DNA of 56,444 bases, counting the filler, from Squatina squatina (Eukaryota): assembly GCA_031763465.1 (NCBI GenBank). It is 3 parts of 3 records of this genome, joined end to end, with 100 filler letters (N's around TTAATTAATTAA, not from the genome) between each part and the next. Parts side by side here need not be neighbours in the genome. Positions count along the whole stretch, not along the records: positions 1 to 21,409 come from JARFOE010000005.1; 2 more parts are not named here. One strand, 5' to 3'. Shown here one piece after another: positions 1 through 9,899 of the stretch. A program made the position numbers and the translations under genes. Each line of letters begins with the position of its first letter. Positions within the stretch are counted from its first letter, which is position 1. The notes beneath the pieces are model-generated. The model was not told the DNA's origin. It saw only the letters and a program-made list of their open reading frames with translations, and ran no database searches.

Positions 1-490
1 CAGTACAGTGACAGACCTTACTCATATACGGCTTACAAACCAAATGTATGTTGTGTATCATGATTGCGATTTTAGCAGTGGTCAAACTGTAATTATAAAT
101 AACTATCTTGTCTTATTATTTTATTCATAATTATAAATGATTTATTGCCTATTCTATTTTTAAAGGCACACGTACTTCAATGTTTCTAGTGGGAAATTGT
201 GCTAAAGGGAGCATGGTTTGGAGAATCGAGGCCAGATTGTTGTGGCCCTATTTCCGACCCACCCTGGCATCTCAGTGTTGAATCTGAAATGAACCATTTG
301 GCATTTAAAGCAGCCTTCAGTTGGCAGTGTGTAGCAGTGAAATGGGGCAGTATGGAGGCTCAGTGCAGGAGGATGTGTGATGGATCAATACACTGGAGTG
401 GGGCACAGTGATGGGACAGTATAGTGGGATATATAATGGATCAGTCCATTAGAATGGGGCACTGTGATGGGTCAGTGCAGCGAGATATGT

Positions 491-593
491 AATAAAAATA
501 GAAAATGCTGGAAATACTCAGCAGGTCAGGCAGCATCTGAGAAGATAGAAACAGAGTTAACGTTTCAGGTCTATGGCCTTCCGTCAGAACTGG
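491..593 (-). mobile_element. Penelope-like retroelement terminal (pLTR-derived) fragment, copy 1
   Basis: AAAATGCTGGAAATACTCAGCAGGTCAGGCAGCATCTG...GTTAACGTTTCAGGTC recurs at 5926-6092 and 6749-6982. It carries a degenerate hammerhead motif on the minus strand and is flanked by the direct repeat GAGATATGTAAT (482-493 / 598-609). Confidence 0.7.
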
Positions 594-3399
594 GAGTGAG
601 ATATGTAATGGAAGAGTCGAGTGATAAGGGGCAGTGTCTGCAATCATTATGGCAGGATGTACAATAGGGCAGTCTGGTTGCGCAGTGCAGTTGGAGTCAT
701 TACACTTATTATACTCTCTAAATGAAGCTAATCCTATCTAACAGTTTTGAGATGATTATGTCATCAGAATTCCAATTTGCTTTGTCAGTTAAGCACTCGC
801 TATGGTTACACTTCACTACACAAATGCAACTCAGTAATCCATTCACACTGTCATATGCAAATTTTGCACGGTCAATAAGGGCAATGAACAAACAAATCAT
901 ATTTGCATGCAAAAAGTCAATTTTATATATATATAAAATTGAGCTGAAATGCCTTGGCTGGAGAAAGATTATGAAATCCAGAATATTAATACCACAACAA
1001 AGAATGTTAATATCCAAACTGTGTCCTTTCACAAGTCAAACAACATTGTAATAAATATAAATTGTGANNNNNNNNNNNNNNNNNNNNNNNNNNNNNNNNN
1101 NNNNNNNNNNNNNNNNNNNNNNNNNNNNNNNNNNNNNNNNNNNNNNNNNNNNNNNNNNNNNNNNNNNAGGCATGATGAGCCAAATGGCCTCCTTCTGAGC
1201 TGTACGATTCATTCGACGATCTCATTTTCTCTCCTTTCTTCCCAGCAATGGCGGTGTCCTGCACTACGGGTCGAAGCTCCTCACTTACATTTCCCAATAA
1301 AAAAAATGACAAGTGTAATGATCAGTAATCCATGCTTGAATCGCAGTTTAATGACAGCTCCTCTGAGCGCTCAGCGCCAATTATTGACTCGTGCTACTCC
1401 ACTCGCTTCTGAATGTCATATTCAGCATTGCACTGACAGAGTAAATGAACGGGAAATGGAAAAACCCGAGTCTGGCAGAGCAAATAAAAGTGATTTTGAA
1501 CATATTGTGCTAGCGTTGAATAATTTACAGAACTATAATATGCACAAAGGATATGGTAAAATATTCCCTTGCAAACCGGTGTCTTTAGGGACCCACAGTA
1601 ATGAAAGCTACCTCATACATTGCACTTTCAATTACTTTCCTAATAATCACAGTTACTACTTAATTGTAAATTCTATCTGGTTTTGAGTGATTGCAATTAA
1701 GAGCGCAAGTGCACTAGACTGCATTTGATTGCCTTCAATGTGCAAAATAAATAACCATTTATTTTTATTTCAATGTCTTTCTTGATTNNNNNNNNNNNNN
1801 NNNNNNNNNNNNNNNNNNNNNNNNNNNNNNNNNNNNNNNNNNNNNNNNNNNNNNNNNNNNNNNNNNNNNNNNNNNNNNNNNNNNNNNGTATTTTGTATCA
1901 CAGCTTGAATGGTAATAATGATCCCTCAAACTGAATCATTTTAGCTGTAAGGTATAATTAGAGGATGTTGCTTCCACTCAAAAACACATGCAAATGTTTA
2001 AAATTAGAAAGCTGTAAGGGAAACTGACTCTGCATACATTAGAACTGCAAAAAGACTGAAGGACTTGGGTAGCACAGAACAGCACTCTTTCATATCTGGA
2101 GTTTGAATCCAACTCTGACAAATGCTGTATCTTTGGTCTGAGGCTGTTAATACTTTTCATATTCCCCACACCTACTGCAAACAACATGCTGCAACTTGCA
2201 GCTTCTTATGATAATCTGGCAAATACAGGTGTCCTCAATGTTACGCTGAATCCACACTTTACTTTGCAGTGCGTTATATAGAATAATCAATAGGTAAGAG
2301 GATTGAGGGGTACAGATGGCAGCACAAAATAACAGTAATTAGGTGATCTGAAATTGTGTTACTGTCATTCCCTCCATCCTGTCCACTCATGACTTTATTA
2401 AAAGAGGTTTTGAGGCTACAAGAGCAGGTCAGAGGCTGGGTATCCTGCTGCGAGGATCTCACCTCATAACTCCCAAAAGCTTTTCCACNNNNNNNNNNNN
2501 NNNNNNNNNNNNNNNNNNNNNNNNNNNNNNNNNNNNNNNNNNNNNNNNNNNNNNNNNNNNNNNNNNNNNNNNNNNNNNNNNNNNNNNNTTTTCTATCATT
2601 TTTACTTTTCCACCTTTTTCATGCTGGTATTTGTATTTCTTTTTTCTCCTGAGTTTTATTTTATTCTCAGAAAAGTTGAGGGGACCAACGACGGTGCCAT
2701 TCCTTTGTCAGCGGTTGGCTGTGAGCATGCATGCAAAGCTCTGTAACCGGCTCGCTGCCAAGGAAGTTGCCAAGTAGGTGCCCCTGTGCCGAGAGGTACG
2801 GTTAGTGGCATAACGTTAGAACCCTCTACCTCTGTAAAGCATCTTGGCACATGGAGCTTTCTTTCGACACAGCCTAGATTGGTGAAGGCTGCACTCAGTG
2901 GAACTTTTCCTCAACGGATGGAAAACCTGCTCTGTATAATTTACATGTATTAGAATTTTTAAATGAAACCTCACCTGTTTTTGCCAAGAGCACATTAAGG
3001 CAGTTTAAGAGGATTAACAGAAGATGGCACATGGCTCAGATGCAGCAGAGATCTGGCAATATGAATCTCTGGCCATATTTACAGCCCATTATTGCCCATT
3101 ATGTTCCAATGACACTAACCATGGTGACTGGGAATAACAACCTTACATCACCAAACTCAGTTTTTAAATTTTTCTGAAGGAAAAATATGTTCAAAATGCC
3201 TTTAAGGACTCTTGTTCAATGTCTATAAGGAGCAGGAATCCTTTCCACTTAGTTCAGAGGAATTTTAAAATATACGTAGACTATGAAAGCTCGCAGACAG
3301 AGTAGGCAGTCAGTGCTGACACAAGGACAACTGGAGCAGGACAGCAAGGCACTTTCATTCATTCACTGTTCAAACGCTGAGGGGTGTGGGGGTTGGGGC

Positions 3400-3480
3400 T
3401 GAGCAGTCTAGTGAGTTAGTGCACTGCCCTTTCACCTCTGGGATTGTGGTTGGAATTCAGCTGGATCAATCAGAAGTCAG
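3400..3480 (+). mobile_element. tRNA-derived SINE head fragment (LF-SINE-like)
   Basis: GCACTGCCCTTTCACCTCTGGGA followed by a degenerate B-box. Family assignment from memory only. Confidence 0.35.
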
Positions 3481-4181
3481 GCCCTTTCTCATAGGGGAAG
3501 AAAAATAATTTGTAGGCCAGTCGTCGCTTTTGTATACTTCACAGTGACCCCTCTTCTGGTTAGTTTTGTTGGTATAATCTTAAATGTGACTTCGACAGCG
3601 CACCACTCTGAGGTTAAGGACTAGCAGATCTTGGAGAAGGTGCTACAATTTCGACCAATCAGTCATAAAAAATGTTTTGTACAATCATCCTTAGCTTGAT
3701 GTGTTCTAGCAAATTGCCCATTAATTCGTGGACGCATATGCAAACTTCATGATTCTTCTTAATAGCCCTGCCATAAAGACCAAGTTATTTGTGAGCAATT
3801 ATCTGCCCCTTGCTGAATGCTCACTGCTTGCACTTAGTAAACAGGACTTGATCCTTCTAGAAAAACACAGCTTCTATCAGTCTAAACCCTGCAAGTCTTC
3901 CAAAATCAAAGTAACTGCCATAGATTTTAGCTTTCCCACTGCAATAATTGTCCACTGCAGTCTCTGTGTCTTCCTAATGTGCATCCCATTTGCCTATAAC
4001 TGATAAAAGACATGTCAAGATCAGCATTAAGATGCAATAAATGTGTCCGAGTGAGTCATGGTTAGTTTCACAAGTGACAATATTCAGCGGACTTTATATG
4101 TGGCTATCGCAGCTACTAAATGCAGAACGCATAAATATATTTCAAAATGTTCTTTTCAATGGTTTTGTGCCAGCAAGATGA

Positions 4182-4500
4182 GGAGCCTCCCAATAGCTCA
4201 GTTGGTAAACATTCTAGTTGGTGCAGAACTAAGCCATACAGAGCAGGAAAATCCCAGGTTAATTTCCTAGTTGGTAACTGATCTCAGCTGGTGGTTGAAC
4301 TGCTATAGGTACACCTCAGCGGTATAGGGCTAGGGAGAAGATATGTCATCCAGGGTTTCCTTTCTTTGTTGCATGCGGAGCTATCATCAGGCTCAGCTTC
4401 GAGGCCTCCTATGGCCTATCAGTGCTCACTACCTAGGCCCATACCTGAAGAATGGCCACTCGGATGAAGCCAATACTTGTGTAGTCATACATGGGTCAAT
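4182..4500 (+). mobile_element. tRNA-derived SINE (second family)
   Basis: A-box-like TAGCTCAGTTGG. Internal TGATCTCAGC and GGGCTAGGGAGA motifs are shared with 44660-44960 (+), and related sequence occurs inverted at 17890-18111 and 23420-23640. Confidence 0.6.
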
Positions 4501-4843
4501 CTTAAGGAAGAAGAAATAAATTGAGATGATTTTTTTTTTAAAGAAATGAAAATATGACAATATTTCTTCCATTTCCAGATTGCACGTGTTATAAGTTTAA
4601 CATCCACTTCACTTAGTCTTACGCGATTCCCTCTGGCGTGTTGTTGCTAGGTCTGTGGCAAATTCCATACCATTTGTGTAGGTATAGTGGGCTGAATGTT
4701 ATGCTCACACACTGCATCAGTGCTACTGTTTGTTTATGCAGACATGTTGTTCTTTAGTGCGCTGCAGAAACTGAATCACCACTTAAACAATCAAATTTAA
4801 ATGAGGAATTTCAATTTGCATTTTAAAAATATTTAGTGTCACT

Positions 4844-5002
4844 GGGGTAGGAATTATTCTTGGGCGGGAGTGCAGATTGGGTGATAATGAATCGGCAGCC
4901 CGATTCACACTCCATGGAGAAGGAAATTGGGTGGTGTGTAATACGGGCTGCTGATTCGCCATCACCTGTTTTGCGCTATCACGCAAGTTAAATTTCTACC
5001 TC
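4844..5002. mobile_element. MITE-like non-autonomous DNA transposon
   Basis: Imperfect terminal inverted repeats GGGGTAGGAATT / AATTTCTACCTC (10/12) around a locally CpG-rich interior. Confidence 0.45.
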
Positions 5003-5077
5003 ATTATTTCTTCATGCCACCGAACTTGTGATTGAAACAGCATTACCTGGAAAAGGTTCTTGTGGAGACGATTTAAA

Positions 5078-5397
5078 AGAAAGAAAAAAAAACTATTTGT
5101 ATTTGTATAGCGCCTTTGAAGACCTCAGGATGTCCCAAAGTGCTTCACAGCAAATGAAGTACTGTTGTAATATAGGGAAACAAGTTACAGCAAGGCTCCA
5201 TGAACAGCAATGAAATGAATGATCAGATAATCTGTTCTAGTGATATTGGTTGAGGGAAAAATGTTAGCCAGGACACCAGGATTACTCCCCTGTTCTTCCA
5301 ATAATGCCATGGGATATTTATGTCCACCTGACAAAGCAGACAGGGCCTCAATTTAACATCTCATCTGAAAGATGGCACCCTCTGACATTGCAACACT
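5078..5397 (-). mobile_element. tRNA-derived SINE (SacSINE1/DeuSINE-like), 3' portion
   Basis: Reverse complement of the body and tail of the 7401-7824 element (TATAGCGCCTTT...CCTCAGGATGTCCCAAAGTGCTT). Confidence 0.75.
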
Positions 5398-5925
5398 TTG
5401 ATATCCGGAGGGTGCTTTCTAAATGCAAGTTTTTTTTCTCTTAAATCACCATCTACAGCTTTGTGTTCCGAGTCCAGATGACCTTTCTGGAGTTCCACAT
5501 AATAAGTTTTTTTTTCTGGATTCTCCATCTACATTATACAATAAAAATTTAATCTCATGTATTTTAATGATCAAAACTTAAGACTGCAGTGAGTTTTCTT
5601 TCAGCCTTAAGGAACAGGGAAGGATTGCCTCTGTGATTACATGAAACTCCACTACTGTCATATTCCTGTGCACCCGCACAACTATATTCTTGTGCCAGCA
5701 TTATACTGCTTCTTTAGCGCTTACACAAAGATAAATTTTTGCCACCGAATGGAGTAAAACGTTGCTGACACAACAGTAGGCACACCTAATCTTGTTGCAG
5801 CAAAATCTTGCTATTCTGGAGCAAATTATTTTATTTTTGCTTTTAAAAAAAAAATCCTGCCTTCACTGATGATAGCCCACTTCCACTCATGCTAGTTATC
5901 CATCCACAACTTCATCCATTGTAAT

Positions 5926-6092
5926 ACAAAAGTGAAATACTGCGCATGCTGGAATCTAGAATAGAAATAAAAAATGCTGGAAAAACTCAGGTCAGGCAGC
6001 ATCTGTGGAGAGAAAAACAAAGTTAACGTTTCGGGTCGACGGCCCTTCATCAGAACTGATGCTGCCTGACCTGCTGACTTTTTCCAGCATTT
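5926..6092 (-). mobile_element. Penelope-like retroelement terminal fragment, copy 2, with internal inverted repeat
   Basis: Same family as 491-593. 6058-6092 is an inverted copy of about 5972-6003, flanking a hammerhead motif. Truncated by a gap. Confidence 0.75.
6021..6057 (-). ncRNA. Minimal type I hammerhead ribozyme motif
   Basis: Minus strand reads AGUU-CUGAUGA-A-GGGccgucgaCCC-GAAA-CGUU^AACU: intact core boxes, helix I AGUU/AACU, helix II GGG/CCC, palindromic ACGU in place of helix III. Confidence 0.7.
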
Positions 6093-6748
6093 NNNNNNNN
6101 NNNNNNNNNNNNNNNNNNNNNNNNNNNNNNNNNNNNNNNNNNNNNNNNNNNNNNNNNNNNNNNNNNNNNNNNNNNNNNNNNNNNNNNNNNNNCGGAACGT
6201 TCTTTACAATTCAACACACAAAAGGGACAACATTTCTACTGCTAGCTTCACAAGGTTAATAGTCATCTCCACACAGCAGCAACTCATTTCAAACCACTCG
6301 TATCCTCCCAGCCCTTGCAGCAGCAGTTCTTAATGGGAATGAAATCTTTTACCTATAATTAAAAATAAGCTGATGAGCGAGAGAGATAGTTTGCAGGGGA
6401 AGGAGGTTTAAAACTAATCCCGCAAGTTTAGCTGTATGGTTTGTGGGTGAGTTGAATTAATTTCGTACAGCTTCAAATGGATTTGTCTTGTGTTATAATA
6501 TCACACAGTGCTATCTAGTGGAAGATGAAGGCAATTAATCTGTAAACAGGAAAAAGGAGTCACCTATTTTAAGGATTATTCCATTCTCTCTACACTGTGG
6601 CCTATTACACAGATTTAAAAGTGAATAAATAGTAAATTGGGCTAAGCTCTCTGTCTCTGGGTCATATGGACCAGAAAGGTCTGAGGCTTATTGCGTGGTC
6701 TGTGCTGATTCAAGATCTCAGCCACAACGGCAGTAGAAGCCCTTTATT

Positions 6749-6982
6749 ACAAAAGCAAAATACTGCAGATGCTGGAAAACTGAAATAAAAGCAGAAAATG
6801 CTGGAAATACTCAACAGGTCAGCCAGCATCTGAGGAGAGAGAAACAGAGTTAACGTTTCGGGTCTGTGACCTTTCATCAAAACTGGAAAAGTTAGAGCTA
6901 TAACAAGTTTTTAAGCAAGTGTAGGGGCAGGGAAAGCGGGGGGGGTGGGGGGGGGGAAAAAACAAAAGGGGAGGTCTGGGGT
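6749..6982 (-). mobile_element. Penelope-like retroelement terminal fragment, copy 3
   Basis: Longest copy of the family. Hammerhead motif at 6848-6884 with a C3U core change, followed by a G-rich tract into the gap. Confidence 0.75.
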
Positions 6983-7400
6983 NNNNNNNNNNNNNNNNNN
7001 NNNNNNNNNNNNNNNNNNNNNNNNNNNNNNNNNNNNNNNNNNNNNNNNNNNNNNNNNNNNNNNNNNNNNNNNNNNNNNNNNNATTTTCTATCTTGAATAG
7101 GGTAGATTGAATCACGCTGTGGGTACCTTGAACGTTGCCAAGAAAATAAGCAGCTACTTCCACAATTTTCTGCTTGTGACTACAAACCATCTGTACATTA
7201 AATGAGCAGTAACCCTGTCTATTGACAAAAGAGGGAGGGCACTGACAAACGGTGCATGAATAATAATATGTGCAAGAAATACTTCCCTGTCCTCGGCAAA
7301 GTACCAGACATCTGGAAAAAAATGTTTGCCCATCCAGCTGCTGCTGCTTTATTTGTACATGTTCAAAGAGTGGGTCTGTGACCTCAGTACTGTAGCAAGG

Positions 7401-7824
7401 TGTCAGCTGTGGCTCAGTAGTAGCACTCTCACCTCTGAGTCACGAGGTTGTTGGTTCAAGTCCCACTCCAGGCACCTGAGCACAAAATCTAAACTGACAC
7501 TCCAGTGGAGCACTGCATTATCAGAAGTGTGCCTCTCAGATGAGAGGTTGAACTGAGCCCCTGCCTATTCTCTCAGAGTGATGTAAATAGTGACACTATT
7601 TGATGAAGAGTGGGGGAATTTTTCCCTGGTGTCCTTTATCCTTCAACCAATCTCACTGCAAACAAGTTATCTGGTCACTATCATATTGCTGATGGTGGGA
7701 CCTGACAGTGCATAAATTGGACGCTGTGTTTCCTTCATTACAAGTGACTACACTTCAAAAGTACTGTAAAGCTCCTTGGACGTCCTGAGGTTGTGATAGG
7801 TTCTATATAAATGCAATTCTTTCT
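7401..7824 (+). mobile_element. tRNA-derived SINE (SacSINE1/DeuSINE-like), near full length
   Basis: Pol III A box TGGCTCAGTAG, B box GGTTCAAGTCC, tail CTATATAAATGCAATTCTTTCTT. Several homologous copies occur in the window. Confidence 0.85.
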
Positions 7825-8285
7825 TGCAGTGAACTGCATACTATCTGATCCTAGTGCTCAGTCAAAATGATGCCTGAAGGACTCAGCTGTTTAATACAGT
7901 GGTGACTTTAACTTCGATGGTACAGATTTAGTTGCAGGAACTGAGATAGGTCTAGGTCTTTGCTGAATTCCACCTCCTCACACACTGATAGGTACTCATA
8001 GGGCACCCAATTCGGCTTTTTTGTGTTTGTAGCGCTAAGCGCCGAATTTCACACTGGAAAGTGGCTTCTTTGAAAATTAGTGTTGAACCCTGTAATTAGC
8101 CACTTTAGACTTGGAGCGTTCAAACACATGCAAACGTTAGCGTTAAAGGGCCCATACTTAACTGAGCTTTTCGTGGTCAGGTTCANNNNNNNNNNNNNNN
8201 NNNNNNNNNNNNNNNNNNNNNNNNNNNNNNNNNNNNNNNNNNNNNNNNNNNNNNNNNNNNNNNNNNNNNNNNNNNNNNNNNNNNN

Positions 8286-8447
8286 CTCGGATTCTTCCTT
8301 CTCTCCCCCCTTGAGCTTCTTCCTGGTCATGTGGCCGCGGAAACTGGCCTGGATCTTGGCAGCAGCTGCGTTTGCCTCCTCGTCGTCCAAGGGGATGTCG
8401 AGAATGTCTTCCTCCTCATGTTTCACGCAGGTGTCTTCCTTATCGGC
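8286..8447 (-). CDS. NRGN: Neurogranin coding exon 2 (IQ calmodulin-binding motif); 3' end lost in gap
   Basis: (ADK)[47 protein letters not shown] closely matches mammalian [38 protein letters not shown], including the PKC-site Ser. Two in-frame AAG acceptors (exon start 8447 or 8438) follow a pyrimidine tract. Confidence 0.93.
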
Positions 8448-9696
8448 CTTCATTAAGCAAAAGGAGAGGAGAAAAGGAACAAGTTATTAGACCCGGTGAT
8501 TCACAAAATCGTCGCTGCTCTCTGTAAAAGTTTTCCGTCATCTCCAAGCAAACATGTCACAAGTCAAAGATAAAATACAAACATTAAATGTATTTGGTTT
8601 GGAGATTACTACAAAATCCAATTGGATTTAGCAGATAGGTGGGCGTGTAGCAGCAGACTGCAAAGGCAGATCTCATGATACAAATCATTCTTGTACCGTA
8701 ATATTGTATTTATGTGGGTGGGTGGAATTGTTCTTTGCTTTCTCCCACTCTGGGTTTCCAGTCTTCCTCCCACACCACACCTCCTCTCCTACTCAAATCC
8801 AAGTCGATAGATGATACTCACAGATGCCATGAATGCTTTGGCCAAACTGCAAAGAGGCATGCACAAGTGTACTTGGCAAAAAAACACCCTCTTCCCTTTA
8901 GCCACTCAACCCTCCCTCCCTNNNNNNNNNNNNNNNNNNNNNNNNNNNNNNNNNNNNNNNNNNNNNNNNNNNNNNNNNNNNNNNNNNNNNNNNNNNNNNN
9001 NNNNNNNNNNNNNNNNNNNNNTCGATGCAGAAGTGCCTCTACCAACTTGTCTCGTTCATGATCTTAATGTCAATTTCATTGTATCGAAGCCAATGCATCA
9101 TCCTGGGAGGAACTTTGATGAAGAGCATTTGATAAGTGCGCACCGTTCGCTACTTTTAATATTAGGTAGGACACCCTGAAAGATCATTTGTTTTGATCTC
9201 TAGATGTTTGTAGAAAATATATACTTCACAGGAGAACAGCAGGAAAAACTCAGCACTCAAAGAGTTAAAAATGCAGAAAACCGATTCCACTGATTCTTCA
9301 GTTCAAACTTCATTCCCGGACTACTTCTCATTTAGCATTGCTTTTATTAAACTCAAACCCCACAACACGAACACTACGGCTGTACGCCTGGTATCGGAGA
9401 GATCTTCAAGCCCCCTCCATATCAGATTGTGTTACTGTTAGTTATATTTTAATTTTACAAAAAAAAGTCAACTGACAGCCGATGCATTGGACAAGATAAT
9501 TGAAGTGATTTATATCGAGAACTCTTCCCAAATGCCATTAACACTAGTTATCACCTCTCTGTTCAGTCTCTCTCTCTCTCTCTGATACACATCAGTACGA
9601 GTTCAAAACTAAAGGTTCTATATGCACCAGACTTGAATTAAACCGACATATCACACAATCAAATGAGCAAGAAAAAGAACTAGAAATTATACATAC

Positions 9697-9711
9697 AGTA
9701 CAGCAATCCAT
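9697..9711 (-). CDS. NRGN: Neurogranin coding exon 1 (MDCCT)
   Basis: ATG GAT TGC TGT ACT followed by a phase-0 GTATGT donor. Identical to the mammalian NRGN N-terminus MDCCT. Too short for the ORF track. Confidence 0.92.
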
Positions 9712-9888
9712 CCTAAAACGAGTGGGGATTAAAGTCTGAAATCTGATGCTGGGGTTTAGTTACTGCAAGTAAACAACAGGCTTGACAGCGAGTGCTGTAC
9801 TCTCTCTAGACTCTTGCTCCCTTCCCTCTCTCTCTCACTCTCTTCTGGACTGATCGGCTTCTGCGGGTGTTGAAACTAGACAATCACC

Positions 9889-9899
9889 GATTACATAAC
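9889..9899. promoter_or_regulatory. PAR-bZIP/D-box-like element upstream of the NRGN start codon
   Basis: GATTACATAAC matches RTTAYRTAAY, about 180 nt upstream of the ATG. Confidence 0.3.

Noticed and set aside
330-700. CRISPR-like repeat array
   Set aside because: The units are degenerate and irregular, the context is a vertebrate genome, and there are no cas genes. It is a decayed minisatellite.
949-1686. Long ORFs spanning N runs (also 17070-17547, 42911-43633, 53207-54007)
   Set aside because: Their length comes from X codons across gaps, and they show no recognisable protein similarity.
7401-7470. tRNA gene
   Set aside because: The A/B boxes belong to a SINE head that continues into a multi-copy body and tail. 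No proper cloverleaf.
8049-8453. ORF-track start MKADKED... as a single-exon protein, or a PCP4/GAP43 assignment
   Set aside because: That ATG lies in the intron's acceptor region and the real start is the MDCCT exon. DILDIPLDD...[14 protein letters not shown] is diagnostic of neurogranin.
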